From Sphagnum compactum (lineage: Eukaryota): DNA of 64,000 nt. Positions 36,191 to 49,613 of the stretch are shown here, piece by piece. Each line of letters opens with the position of its first letter. The stretch's first letter is position 1. The translations under genes and the position numbers were made by a program. The notes beneath the pieces were generated by a model. The model did no database searches. It saw only the letters and a program-made list of their open reading frames with translations, and was not told the DNA's origin. The DNA is taken from the NCBI GenBank assembly GCA_965153455.1, contig OZ234494.1, positions 2,046,001-2,110,000 of the forward strand. The letters run 5' to 3'.

Positions 36191-39100
36191 ATGTTCATAG
36201 ACTAACCAAGATTATGCTTATACCCAACCACATGGCACCTAAACCACACCATGTGGCACTTAATTAAGTTAATTATAGACCTAAGACAAAACATGTGGCA
36301 CCTAGGCTAAATAGATAAATAACATATATATACATATATATTTTTAATGTATGCATAATATATACCTAATATGTCATAAGTACAAACTAAATATGATTGT
36401 AATACACTTTTAAAAACATGCCCCTATCATACATTTAATAAAACTTTGGTATATCCCTTGAAATTAGATCCACCCCATAGTGGTGTGACTAATTTTGATC
36501 ATTATTACAATTAATGGGACATATATGGTTTTCTTGAATGAAAACCATATTATAAGTTGTTCATATGGATGGATGAAAAAATATATATAACATAGTCACA
36601 AAAATGACCAAACTTTTCAAATAGTTGTAAACATGACCAAAATTAGTTACAAGTGAGTAATAGTCACATGTAGTCATAAACAAAATGTTTACATATTCCA
36701 ATGACAATGATAATCGAAACTAGTTTATGTAGATCAAATATAAGGTCTTTTTTCATCACTAAGACAATTACACCATGGTCATTGACCATGACAATTCTAA
36801 ATGGTCGCTTGGTCAACAATTATGTGCCAAAATGACCAAAGTTTGACAAATGATAGTTACAAAAAATTATTCCATTGAATCATTTTCAATCCCGTCACAT
36901 GCCGATCATTGAACTAATGGTTGAAAAAAGAAGAAGAAGAAGTAACTCCAAGTTCCTCTTAGGGTTTCTTCGACTTCTCAGCATACATATAGAATGCTAC
37001 TGGATGAACAATAGAAGAGTCTAAGCAACATCAATACAATAGTTGTCTTCTTCTCCTTCAAGCATGTCAATGAAAATGGTGGTTTCTAAAAGCTTATCGG
37101 GATTGGAGAGAGAAATGCATGCGAGTTTTGTGTAATGGTGTGGGATCCGAGTGGAGAGGCAAATCATCAGTTTCTTTTCTTCCTCCTCCTCCTATTTCAA
37201 AATTGCTCCATGTTGTAACCGGAGGTGGCTACTATTCCTTTGTAGCTTTGTTTCCTCCTATACAGCTACAATTGAGACTACGGAGTTGTTGTCTTTTTCT
37301 TTTTCTACTACTAGGAGATTGTAACCATTTCTTCCTTTCAAGTTAAAAAAGCATCTTTGGAGACTACTATTGCTATTCCATAACTTTGTTTCAGGGGGGG
37401 GGGAGGAGAAACAATAGTAGGCCTTCGAAGATGTTGGCAACAACAACTGTGACAAAATTGAAAAGCCAAAGCTTTTTGGTAGACTTACATTCAGGGAACT
37501 TTTAGGTGATGTAGTTTTGCCAGATCATCTATTGCAAAGGTAAACTACACAAGATTTGAGAAGTTCTTCTTGTCTTCTTCATCATCTATTTGATAGATCT
37601 GATATTACATATGGGTTTGAAAAATTCTTGTTGTCTTCTTCATCATCTATTTGATAGATTTTGATCATGCAGACATGTTTCAAAAATTATTTTTGTTTTC
37701 TTAATCATCTGTGATGGATAAATCTTCATGAAAGTCTTATCATTGGTGTTGTATTGGTTGAAATTACTTTTTGAGATGAATATATAAATTTATTTATTTT
37801 TTTGCAATTTTGCTAAAATAAGATTGTAATGTTTAGTTATTCCTAGGAAAGTTTGAAAACCCACCATCACCATCACCACAACCCAACCCACCCCAATTTT
37901 CAACTCTATTCTTCACCATCAAACCCTAAACCTTAAATTAAAAAGTACACACAAGTCTGTTACTAATTTATTATTTTAGAAAATTTGGTATAATGGATAA
38001 ATTATGTGAAAACAAATATAACGCACAATGTACAAAACATAAATAAGCCTTGGAAAAAATCAATGAGTATTGGTTGATGACGAATGCGAAAACAATGGGG
38101 GAGAACCTTAAATTAAAGTAGGTGTTTGTGTTCAATTTCCAATCTACAAAACTATTTATTATGGACATGCACAACATAAGTTTTAAGACCACCAAAAGAT
38201 TAGATACACCAAATTGAAGTTGGAAAGGAAGGGAAAATATGATGCACATCTACCTAAATTTCCTCTCTTCAATCCATGGGCAATGAATCCAATGGTTAAT
38301 CATTTTTACCAACGTATCCCATCTTAAACATCTACTACAACCAATATCACTTTGATCTAACATTTTCCAAGTACCAAGAAGGTTAGTAAAACCGATAATT
38401 CAAAAGGCATATCATTTTAAAACACTACATACCTTAAACACTATTCAATATCTCCATGCTTCCATTGTTTAGTTTATGTTTTAAATATGGACTTCAAATA
38501 AGATTTTTATAAATAAGATGTAAGTGTTGTAAATTATAAGGATTTATTATGACAAATAAAACTAAGATATTTACAAAAGCTAAAAGTTGTGAAATTTTAC
38601 ACAAATGAATCTCACAATATCTCCAAGTGATATTTCATAGGGGTTTTGAAACTAGTACCAATAGTTTTCTTGGCAATTTTGCCTATGCATCAACAAATAT
38701 GAATGTGTTTAATGTGATTTAACACTAAGTCATTTATGGAATGGTCAAACATCTTTTTATATAGTTCCAATGCACTTCCCAACCTAGCTCTTCAAATTGA
38801 ACAATAGGATAAATATGTTATTAGGACAATGTTGAATATTGATCAAACCCTAACACTTTATGGTATAATTTTATTAACATGAAACTATTGACGTATAGGC
38901 CATGACAACAATGCACAAATATCTCTAAAATTTTATTGAATATTGTAAAAACAATTGAAAGGAAACATATAAGTCATGTTTATTATTATCCAAGAAAAAT
39001 GCAATTGGATGTATGACCTAATATTCACAACCAATGTCATTAATATAATGTAAGTCACCACATTTTTCATTCTTGATACTAACAACTCAAAGAAAAAACT

Positions 39101-40099
39101 TTGATATGCATGTTTGAAGGTTTGGAAATTCAATTGGTTGTTGGTTTTCACATTGCAAGAGAAGGTAGAAGAAAACTTGAAAATAAATGGTCCAACATGA
39201 TAAGTTCCACCATGAAAGATAGTTGTTGAAATCAATAGTTGTTTATTATTTGGCCTTAGTTGAATTTCCAATTAGTATGTAGGTAGCTTAGACATTTTGT
39301 GAGACATGTAACAATTATATTATTCAATTGTGGTCAGAACCTCTTTTCTATGCACCCACCATGTTTTTGTTTAAATTGGGGATTAAAAGGTTTTCCATCA
39401 TTGATGATGTTCCATTCATTGAACATTTGTTATAATTATTCATTAGTTTTGTGGTTATGTTGCAAAGAATTTTTTCCCCTCCATAGATCATGGAGTTTTA
39501 AAGGGTTGTGGATGGTAAATAAATCATCCTAACAACTACAATTGAAGCTTTGAAATGACAATTAATTTGATGATGAAAAAACACATGAAAAAAAAAAAAA
39601 TTTATCATAAGTTTTTTGGAGGTTGTGAATGGTATGTATAACTTAGCCAAAAGAAAAAACAAATGAAACCACGAAAAGACAACTACAAACAATAATTGGG
39701 ATAAGAAATGATGGAGAAATTAAGTGGTGAAACAATGTTAATATATGACCCAAACAATTTCCACATTTGCAAAAACCTCAAAACAACAACATGAAATATC
39801 CTTAATTGTTATGCATACTTCACAAAGACTTTGCACAAAACATATAATAATTTACCAAGCAAAAGGATTAAAGTAGCTCATAGAGAATGTTGATGTAATT
39901 AATTTGCAAGTCATTCCACATTTTAATCATCCTATAAGTTTTATTATCAATTGTCTATTACAACCATACAATGAATTTCTCCATGGTGTTGAAGTACAAA
40001 ATTTTTAATATACTTCCTTTTCATCTTAACAACTAATTGTCATACACCTCTAAAATTGACCATGTTTATTTTTTCATTTGCTTCATCTATCAAGTCATT

Positions 40100-41180
40100 A
40101 TGATCATTGTAAAAACTACCATAAACATCTTCTAGCAAAAAGTTGTGCAATTGCACATGCACAAATCCAAAGGTGTAATTGCATGATTGTTAATGTCATA
40201 ATCGACTAGTATGTGTGGAGTCTTCTCAGGCTTTGAAACCTTCCTTTCAACAATGTTCAACCTTGACTTGAATGGAATTGAGGTAAGTGTTGAACAACTT
40301 GTTACTTGTTATTGATGTTGTTGGTTGTTTATAAGGAGATATTGAAATCAAAGAAAATGGATATGTTGAATATGTAAGGACATATTCATCACCTTCAAAG
40401 TAATCTTTAAATTGCAACCATAGTTTTGAACTTGAAGGCAAAAACATCCTTGAGTGGTACCATTAGGAACATCACACCTTCATTTTACTAAATGTATTGA
40501 ACTTCAAAAAAATATAGAAAACACAAACAAGGTTTTTCATTATAATTTTTTGATGAGTGCATTTACTAGGTTGTATAGGCTTTGAAACCGAATAATATAA
40601 AAAAATAGTTTGTATTATTTGGCCAGTTTTATCATTCAAGGAATTCCTTGAGGGGTTTTTAGTTGCACCACCAAGGATGTTTTGGTCCTTGAGAACAATT
40701 GATTATCATGACATCAATTAAGGAATTCAACTTGGATATCAATAATTTTTCCCATGTGATCACATACAATTATTGTTGAAATGACATAATTCATCTTTTG
40801 AATATGGTAATCTTCACATGTTTACTAGGCCTATATTCCCATGATAGAAGGGATTTAATATGAGATGTGATTGTTTTCTTCTCCTCAAATGTAGGCCATC
40901 TTACCTATGTTTGATAAGAGAAAGTATAGCTATAATTGCAAAATTAAAAAAAGATTCACAATAATCTTGTTGAGATTCCAAAAAATATGGGTATGTCATC
41001 CACCAAAGCTTCATTGCCATACCTCCCAAACTTGTAAAAGAGAACTATGACTTGATGTTTTGGTGGAGATTGTTCATTGATTGTATTTTTTTGAAAGTAT
41101 AATGTTTTTCAATCAAACTATTGAGTCTAGGAAATGATTTTTGAGACATTCAAAACTTTTGTTGGAAATGTTGTTCATTT
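40100..41180 (-). mobile_element. PIF/Harbinger transposase relic (DDE_Tnp_4-like), pseudogenised
   Basis: Fragments in the expected order: FQQKF*MSQKSFPRLNSLIEKH, VLFYKFGRYGNEALVDDIPIFFGIS, VRWPTFEERK, YFEGDEYVLTYSTYPF…SPYKQP…FNTYLNSIQVKVEHC and WICACAI. These are typical Harbinger motifs (FRMS, LYRLG.YG, I.WP, LADSAYP, FN..LS..RV.VE). Confidence 0.8.
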
Positions 41181-43814
41181 AGAAGAGGAACATAATAAAA
41201 AACTAAGCATTACTTTTGGGGACTCCTTTCTTTCCCTCCAAATATTGTTGTGCACCAACACACAAATATAAATTAGGCATTTTAAAAAGACCATTTTCAA
41301 TATCACTATCACTATCACTACTCTACAATCTACCATATGTTCTCCTTTGTTTCCCTCTTCGTCAAAATCATTATTCACCATCACATAAATGATTTCATAA
41401 AACATAATTACAAACAAATACCCAAGTCAAAATTGTCAATGATATTTCTATTCATGAACTTGTGAAACATGATCGAAAATGAAGTGTGCAAAATAATGTG
41501 AAAGGGTTTGAGAAGAAAACAAAAATGGTGTAAAAAAGACTTCAAAATGATATGAATTTGGGTTTAAAGAAGAAACATAAATGGCATTCCTTGAGCCTTA
41601 TCTATTAAGGGTTGAAAGGCTTGAAAAAAAATTACACCTTTTGATTCACACTAAGCATGATCAAAACATTTAATAAAACACTAATGAAATTACATTCTAA
41701 ATTGAAATTAAGTTTCAAATTGATGAAATTGATTATCATTTCCTTGTGGCCATGGATGATCATTAATTATTGCAAATCACTAATTGTTAATAGTTGAATC
41801 CACAACTTTGAAATTCATTATTGTCTCCCTCTTTATTGTTGTCATGTCCTCATGGCATCATTTTTTCAAAGTTACATCTTTTACCAACGGCCATTTTTTC
41901 TGTTATTTTTCTCATGATATTTTTTTTCACATAATGGCATTAATAGGTGCAAAATAATCATCAGATTCAGTTCTTGAAAACATAACTTGTCGAAATGCAT
42001 TTATTGTGTGAATCCTTCCAATTTTTTTTATTTGTTCACCTTGTTGGGCCCAAAATATGAAAAGTAGATTGTTGGTATTGTCTAATTGATGCAACCTTAC
42101 ACTTTAATGTGTAATTGTTTCACAGACACAAATTAAATGAAATCACAAGCCATGGCAAAAACAATATCTATCTAAAGGTGAATGAGGTTGGGGCCAATGT
42201 TGGGTAGGTATCATATTTCAAAGAATACACATTTGGCATTATTCATTAAGTATTTTTTAACATGGTTTCAAATTAGGGCTTTTTGGGGAACAATTGATGT
42301 CATTTCACATAAAATATTTAGTCAAGTTCATCATGAAACAATGTGTCACAAATTTTCAAATTTTCATTTAATACATTTGAGTCTTTTAGGCCCTTAGGGG
42401 TTTAACAAATATGATAAAAACCATATTACAAGCATACCATTATGATTATGATTCCAAATTCATCATGAGAATAATGGTTAATAATTTCAGCAACATAGCT
42501 AAATTACTAAAACATTTACATATTTAATAAACATGGTAAAAATATTAACATACCATCATATAACTATGATTTCATTCTTATGTCAAATAGTAAAGTTTAG
42601 TTTGGAAATGAATAATTTTATCCAAATCAAAGTCACTAAGAAATCAAATTGGCATTTTTTTCTTTGAAAAAATGTGTTTACTTGTTTGTTTTGTGACCAC
42701 ACCTTAACCCTCCCAAACCATGATGCCCCTCATTACACTTTTGGTATAATTGGAAAGCTCTTATTGAAACAATATGCAAGGTAGTCATTTTGTAATTTTT
42801 GAAGCAACAAAGAAAAAAATTTCAAAATCATTTTTATTGAAAATTAATTTAAAATTATCAAAATGATTTTTCAACCAATAAATGCCTTAAATCACAATGG
42901 TCCTTTTGTCTACCCTTTCAAACCTTAAACCTTAACACCCATTCACATCGCAAATCTTAACACTTGGGGGCCAATGTCATTTGAGTTCACATTTGGGCCT
43001 TGAAAAGATTTTTTCACAATTGAATTCTTTGAAAGTCATATTTTTTAGAGCATTGAATATTTTCTTGAAAGTTTTATTGTTTAGAGGCTGGAAGATGATT
43101 TCACTTGGGCAAATTGCACAAAGGTCTAATATTAATGATTTCCATATGTCAAAATCAAAGGTGCCAATACAAAATAATTCATTTAACAAGTGTGTGCACA
43201 TTTAAACATTATCAATTTTAGTTGTTATTAATTACTAATTCATAGAAGACTTCACAAAGATTAATCAAAGCTTTAAGCTTATAATCATTTACCATAAGTA
43301 ATGCACTTCCACATGAAACATGTGTTGTTATTTGGATGAACATACATTTTGTTACACAAATGAAAACCAAAGGAGAAAACAATAGTTTGTGTGGCACCCT
43401 TCTCACATTCATTCATTCAAGTAATTAAATAACCATGGATTATCATATGCATGCATTTGATCACCTACTTAACTTGCACTTGGCATGTTGGCATCATAAC
43501 CAACAACCATGTTGCATATATAATGAACCAAGTTTATATAACAACCACGTTGCATCATAAAACAAAGCCAATGCATACATAACAACAACATTGTGTCATA
43601 TAAATAAATCCAATCATACATAACCAAAAATAACAATGGAGATTGCATTATAAATAAACAACTCATTGTGTAATGATTATGCCGTTTGTGGTAGGTTTGA
43701 ACTTCAAAGTTTTGAGTGAATTCACTGGTCGTAGTGAATGGGGACTAGTGGGGAAGTAGTGAATTCACTGGTCTAGTGAACAAGGACTAATGGACTTCAC
43801 CCACATTTTGTAAT

Positions 43815-44600
43815 AGTGTTGGAAAACCCTTAATTCGTAGGTGCGCACATAGTTGGTTTCAGTTTTGTCCTATAATGGAGAAGTTATTGAATATTGAACA
43901 ATTTTTTTTGAAAATTCATTTAAACAAAAGCTTAAAATTATAGAAGAATTTAGGTGCATTCTCAGTATAGTTGGAAAACTTTCAAGGGGTGGGATTTCTT
44001 AAAATTGATTTGGTAAGTTTTAGACCTAAGGTGTGGTAGAAGTTTAATTTTGAGTAATTTTTTTATTGAAAATTCAATTAAATGAGTTGGGTAACAAGTT
44101 TACATTTGGGCCAATGGCACATGCCACATTAAATACCTATGAAAGAAGGTTGTTTCTTTGTTTGGATTATCATGTTGAAATATCCTAAACCATGGTGCCT
44201 CTAGCCACATTCTTGTTACCATTGGAAAACCCTTGATGCATCAGGGTGCATATCGAATTGGTTTCATAATGTTTTGACTTATGATGGAGAAGTTATTGAA
44301 TATTAAACAATGTTTTCATTGAAAATTCATTTAAATAAAAAAAAAGTATAGGAAAATTATGGTGAACTTTTTGGTATTTTTGGAAAACCTTTGATGAATG
44401 GATTTCTTGAAGATGATTTCATAATTTCTACACCTAAGGTGGGGGAGATATTCAACTTTGAGGAATTGTTGTCATTGGAAATTAATTAAAAATTTAAAAT
44501 ATTTTTTTCACAATAATTGGGCTTTATTGTCAAGGTCATGTTCACATTTACAATAGTTACATATGGTCTTGTTCGCATTTGGACCAACAACACAAGCCAC
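43815..44600 (+). repeat. Tandem ~400-bp units of a dispersed repeat family (Helitron-internal-like)
   Basis: The pattern ttggaaaacc…gtgc…ttttg.c.tat.atggagaagttattgaatatt.aacaa occurs twice here. Related copies are at about 42710-42900 and 58750-59580. Confidence 0.7.
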
Positions 44601-45474
44601 ATCGATATATATGGAAGTTAGGCATAACTTTTAACAAATTAGCTTAACTTGTTTACTTTTTCCTAAATCTACATGAAAAGTTGACTTGAGCAGATTTCGT
44701 AACTACCTAGGCCAAATAAGCATATAGGTAGATTATGCATTGATACATGCCTTTATTTTAGATCCCTTACCTTTAGGTTAGAAAAGGGGTTAATCAATGT
44801 TCATTATACCTAGTAGAATACCCACCCTTGGCATTAGTATAAATACAACAGTTCATTGGGTAGGGTAGTTTGACTACCATTAGGTTGGGTGGTAGCACAA
44901 ACTACCAATTATTACTTGGTTGTGTCCAACCTAGTGGTAGTGATGTTGATTTCATGTTCCTTTGCCTGACAAACTAATATATCCCTTGGTACATAATATC
45001 GAGGCGTGCCCATAGGTTCATTGGGCTCACCTAGGGACATTTTAAGATCAGCTTGTTATTTAAAGTAAACATATTAGTGTAAATGCTAAGAGGTTGTTAA
45101 ATTTGCACAAAAGGTTTAATTGCTTATGATGTCCAAAAAAAGTTGAAGCTTTTTTTTGGGCGCATCCAATGCACTTTAAATTGCAAAAAATGGTCCACAA
45201 ATTAGAAAGTTGTGGCCCCCCAAAGTTGGGGGGATAAAAAAAAGAAAGTCTTTGAACACATCATTGCTAATAACCAAACAATGATACACTATTGGCTAGT
45301 CTTCATTTACCCCATTACCAAAATGAATAAACTTCATGGATTAAATATCCAATTATTTGTGTGTGGCCAAGATTTTTCAAAAAATGATGTTATAAGATTG
45401 ACAATTATGGGTGTTTGAGGATTCCATGAACCTTAACCCTTCACACATGCATGGACTTCACACATGCATGGACT

Positions 45475-46031
45475 GGTTAGAAGCCTGAGGGCACAAACCC
45501 GGTTTTGTTTTACTCCAATATTCTATTGGAAACAACTTGAATACAAGCAAGAAATGAAAGCTTCAAGGTTCATGAAATGGAACAATTGTATTAACTAACA
45601 AGAAGATTACAAAGGTTGTATGCTTCAAATGCTACAATCACAAAACTATGGCTTGCAACAACTAACAAAGGTTGAAGGTTCTATGTGCATTCAAAAACCA
45701 TGAAAGGAGAGAATGAAAGACAACTCAAAACCACTCCATTATATACTATCTCCTAACCCTAAAGTAGCCGCCACTTAACCCTAACCTAGCCGCCGCCAAA
45801 CCCTAACCTTAGCCGCCGCCTAACCCTAGCCGCCACCAAACCCTAACCCTAGTCGTTGCCTAACCCTAGCCACCACCAAACCCTAACCCTAGCCGCCGCT
45901 AAACCCTAAGTAGTCTCCACTTCTAAACCCTAACCTAACTACTACAAGGATGTGAATACTATTCATCCTTTTGATGAATGTTTAACACATTCATCAACAT
46001 TTGGAATTAGAAACGAATAGTATTTCTAACA
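45475..46031 (-). mobile_element. Solo-LTR candidate containing a telo-box/GCC-box array
   Basis: Ends are ggttagaa (one mismatch from tgttagaa) and ttctaaca. On the minus strand the repeat array is followed by TATATAA (45745-45739). No matching TSD is visible. Confidence 0.55.
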
Positions 46032-48867
46032 TCTTCTTACTTCCTTGGTGTTGTTCACCAAAAATTTTAGGCATTTGTTTTTTTTTCTCCAAAACTAATG
46101 TGATGGTCATCCTTTGATTGTGATTCTTGAGAGTTCATTCCTTTGTGTTGTTGATGCAATGCATGTATTGATCATCCTTTTCCTGTTCAACACGTGATCA
46201 TGATGCTCATCTTTTTTTAATAATGTGATTGATGTATTTCGTGTGTTGATCATCTGAGTCTTGGTTAGTTGGTGATAATGATGTTCATCCTTTCTTCTTT
46301 TGGTGATGCTAATGCAATTTGTGTGTTGATCATTTTACTTTTGGTCAATTAGTGATTGTGATGTTCATACTCTTTTCTTTTAGTGCTACTGATGCAATGT
46401 GTGTGTTGATCGTCCGAGTTTAGGGTTTAAGGTGTAGAACTTACCTTGTAACATTTATTACACAATTTATAATTGACCATTCACAACATTTGGGGATGGT
46501 GTTGTAAACTATGTGTGAGCCTTTTTTGGCTAAGGCTTTAGCTTTAACCTACTAGCTTGAATTCCAATTTCATCTGAATTCAAAATGTGATTTGGTTTGT
46601 AGTTGTGTAGGTTGTATAATATTTGCAAGTTGTTGTAGAAAGAGTTACATGAAATTGAAATCAACATTTTTACTTTGAAAACCTCCAATGCTTCAACAAT
46701 CTTAATGTTTAATTATGGATGTTTGCATTTGAACCGATACCACCATGTATTCCTTGGTACTCCATGCTTGATTGGTGTTGATTTTGTTTGAATGAACTAG
46801 AATGTTACTTTCACCTTCAATTGTTATAATGTTATTGAAAGTTCACATTCTTGCATTGTTAGAATCCATGCAACTAATACTACATCTTCTTCTTTTATAA
46901 ACACATTAGTAGGCCCCATTCTTTTGGACCTTATTTCCCATTCAGATGGTCGGAAAAGGAAATGAATGGGGAGTTTTAGAAAGGACTTGCCATTTTCAAC
47001 GAATGTGTCCTTCTCTCAGCAACCTCCATAATTTCCTTTAATGTTTAATCTATCCATTTATTGAACATTTGGTTGTTTATGGGGTTTAATTGATTACTTG
47101 TGTTGTATGTTTTGTTTTTAGTGTAGGTTGGCCGCGCCGGGGGGGGGGGGGGGGGATTCTCCTTGTTTGATGTTGCTTGGTTTAACACATTGCTTTGTTG
47201 CTTATGAAACACATGTACATTCATGATGGTTTAACTTCCCTTGGCCTAAGCTATTAACAAGTAGGGGGTGTGCACTTTAGGCCCATTAAAGGTATGTCTT
47301 TCTTTTTCTTGTACAAAAACCAAGAAATCAAGAAGTTTGTCAAATTTGGATAGGCTTAAAAAACATAAGACTTCAATTTTGCAATTGAAGTGATAAAAAC
47401 ATGAAAATATGGAAACCCCCCCCACTTTAGGTTGATATTAATTTCATTTGTGCAAGCTATTGTTAAAATGAATTACAAAATGTGGTTCATGTGAGTTAAT
47501 TGAAATTTGCTCCTATTTGGTGTAATTGTTTTATAGCTTGTGTGGACAAGTTTTTGGATCCAATGGCAATAAAGAAATTTCTTGAACCTTTGGTTATAAA
47601 ATATGTCTATGATTCTAACCCCTACATCATCTTTTAGATTTGGATTTTGCAAATCCACCTCTTTTTATTTTTTACTTGTTCCATTTTGACAATTAAGATT
47701 TGATTTGTGTGTTTCAAATCTACCTCTACTATGACATATCCCTCTTCTTGTTTTTGTTTTATTATCATAGTTGGATTTGAACTAATTTATGCAACTTTGC
47801 CCCCTCCACAGATCTTTTTCCTTGTTCTACTTTGACATTTGCAACTTGATTTTCTATTATATTTCTCAAACCTACTATAGCAAGAAGAAGGAGCTCTATG
47901 AAAAATTATAATTCATATTCTATGTTTTTTATAATAAATAATACATATTTAGACAATTGAAATGCTTGGGAAGAGAGGTGAAAATGAAAGGCGAAGCTTT
48001 GCCAATGCTTGTTATCATGTGTTCTTGTTATTTTGGAGACAAATGCAATGTGTTTTGGTGATATGTGGGATCTAAAGATCATACGTTTAAGATTAATTAC
48101 TTAAAAATGTAATAATTTCCAAACAACTTTTTGCATTGGAATGGGCCAAATTTTTGCACATTAATTCACTCTTGCATACCTTCCTAAATGTGTGTTGTTT
48201 CAAATTTTTAAAAAAATTAAAAAAAAGTTCCTAAACACAAATGTGCAATTTTATGTGTAGAGAGACTTGCCCTTATAAAACTTGTCCAAACTAACCTCAT
48301 AAAACGCTTCCTTTGCCCTTACCTTCATCATTATTTAAAAAATGTACATAAGAAACCCTATAACCAAATAATTGCCATTCCTTTTAATCATGTATTTGTT
48401 CTTAAATTGGACAACAATTGTCTTATAGGTAACCAAATGCTAATTACTTGGCCAAATGATCTAGGAGTTTTTAAGATTGGACCTCAAACACCCTATAACC
48501 CAATGTTGCCTTTATATTTGGTCAAAGAATATATCTAAAAGTGGCCATCGAATTCCTTATGTCCAAACATTCATTGTCTTCAACTTGAACTTGGACTCTT
48601 TTCCACCCTTTAAACCACACACAAAACCCTAATTTCTGGTTGGATCTTCCCATTATTTCAAACACTATATTATTAGACCGTGCGTTCAATCATAAGTAAC
48701 TTTTTGAACAGTGAACAAGACATGGGTGTACTTTCAAGGGCTGTTCCTTTGGATAGAATGGGTGTTCAGTTATAGGGAGGCGTTTGGTTATGGGCGTGCT
48801 TACCCTAATACAGACAATGACCCACAATGCAGCATGATAGAAATTTACTTATATGGGCAGCTGCATA

Positions 48868-49427
48868 TATTGTGTACGATGAGAATACTTCTTGACGCCC
48901 CAAAAAAACCCTAACTAAACCCTCCGAGGAAGACTAATTTTGATTTTCCTTTAAAAAAAAAAAAAGGAATGGAAACAAATGAAACAAGGAAAGGGAAATA
49001 TAGTAAAATCATTTTAAAAGAAAAAAATTACAAAAAAGAAGAAACCAAATAAAAAGTAGAAAAAAAAAAAAAAACTTATAATAATGAAGAAAAACCCTAC
49101 TTCAAAAAGAATGAGGTGTGTCTTCTTTCTCCAAACTTCAAACTTGCATCCAAATAAACAAAAATACAAAAGTGAAAAAGAAACACTTTATTTTTATTAT
49201 ACAAAATAATAATAAAAACAGAAAACACATAAAAATAAAAAATAAAAAAGATAAAAGTTAAAAAAAAAAACTAAAACATGAACCAAACATTGTTGAAATA
49301 ACACACCTGTGCATTAGGCACGGGGTTCAAACTAGTATTGTGTACAATGAGAATACTTCTTGACGCCCCAAAAAAACCCTAACTAAACCCTCCGAGGAAG
49401 ACTAATTTTGATTTTCCTTTAAAAAAA
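48868..49427 (+). mobile_element. Helitron-like 3' end between two copies of a ~90-bp direct repeat
   Basis: Hairpin cctgtgc-attag-gcacggg (49306-49324), then CTAG (49332-49335) followed by T. The repeat tattgtgtac.atgagaatacttcttgacgcccc…attttcctttaaaaaaa occurs at 48868 and at 49336. Confidence 0.7.
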
Positions 49428-49613
49428 CACACTACTAGTCTCTGCCGATGACAGTACTTCCCTTACTGTTCTGTGGACTCACAGACGAAGGAAGTCAGTC
49501 GACGCAGGAAGCGCCTTCTTCTTCGCTGGAAGCTCTTTCCATCTCCTCTTGTGCACTTCAGTATTTGTGTCTTACAATGGTTTCGTGCCTTCCTTAACAA
49601 CTATGATGTTGTC

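Noticed and set aside
38250..39700. Possible second (Myb/SANT-like) Harbinger ORF
   Set aside because: Too degraded; I could not identify any diagnostic motif.
47139..47156. Long G homopolymer
   Set aside because: A simple run in repeat-derived DNA, with unreliable length and no supporting context.
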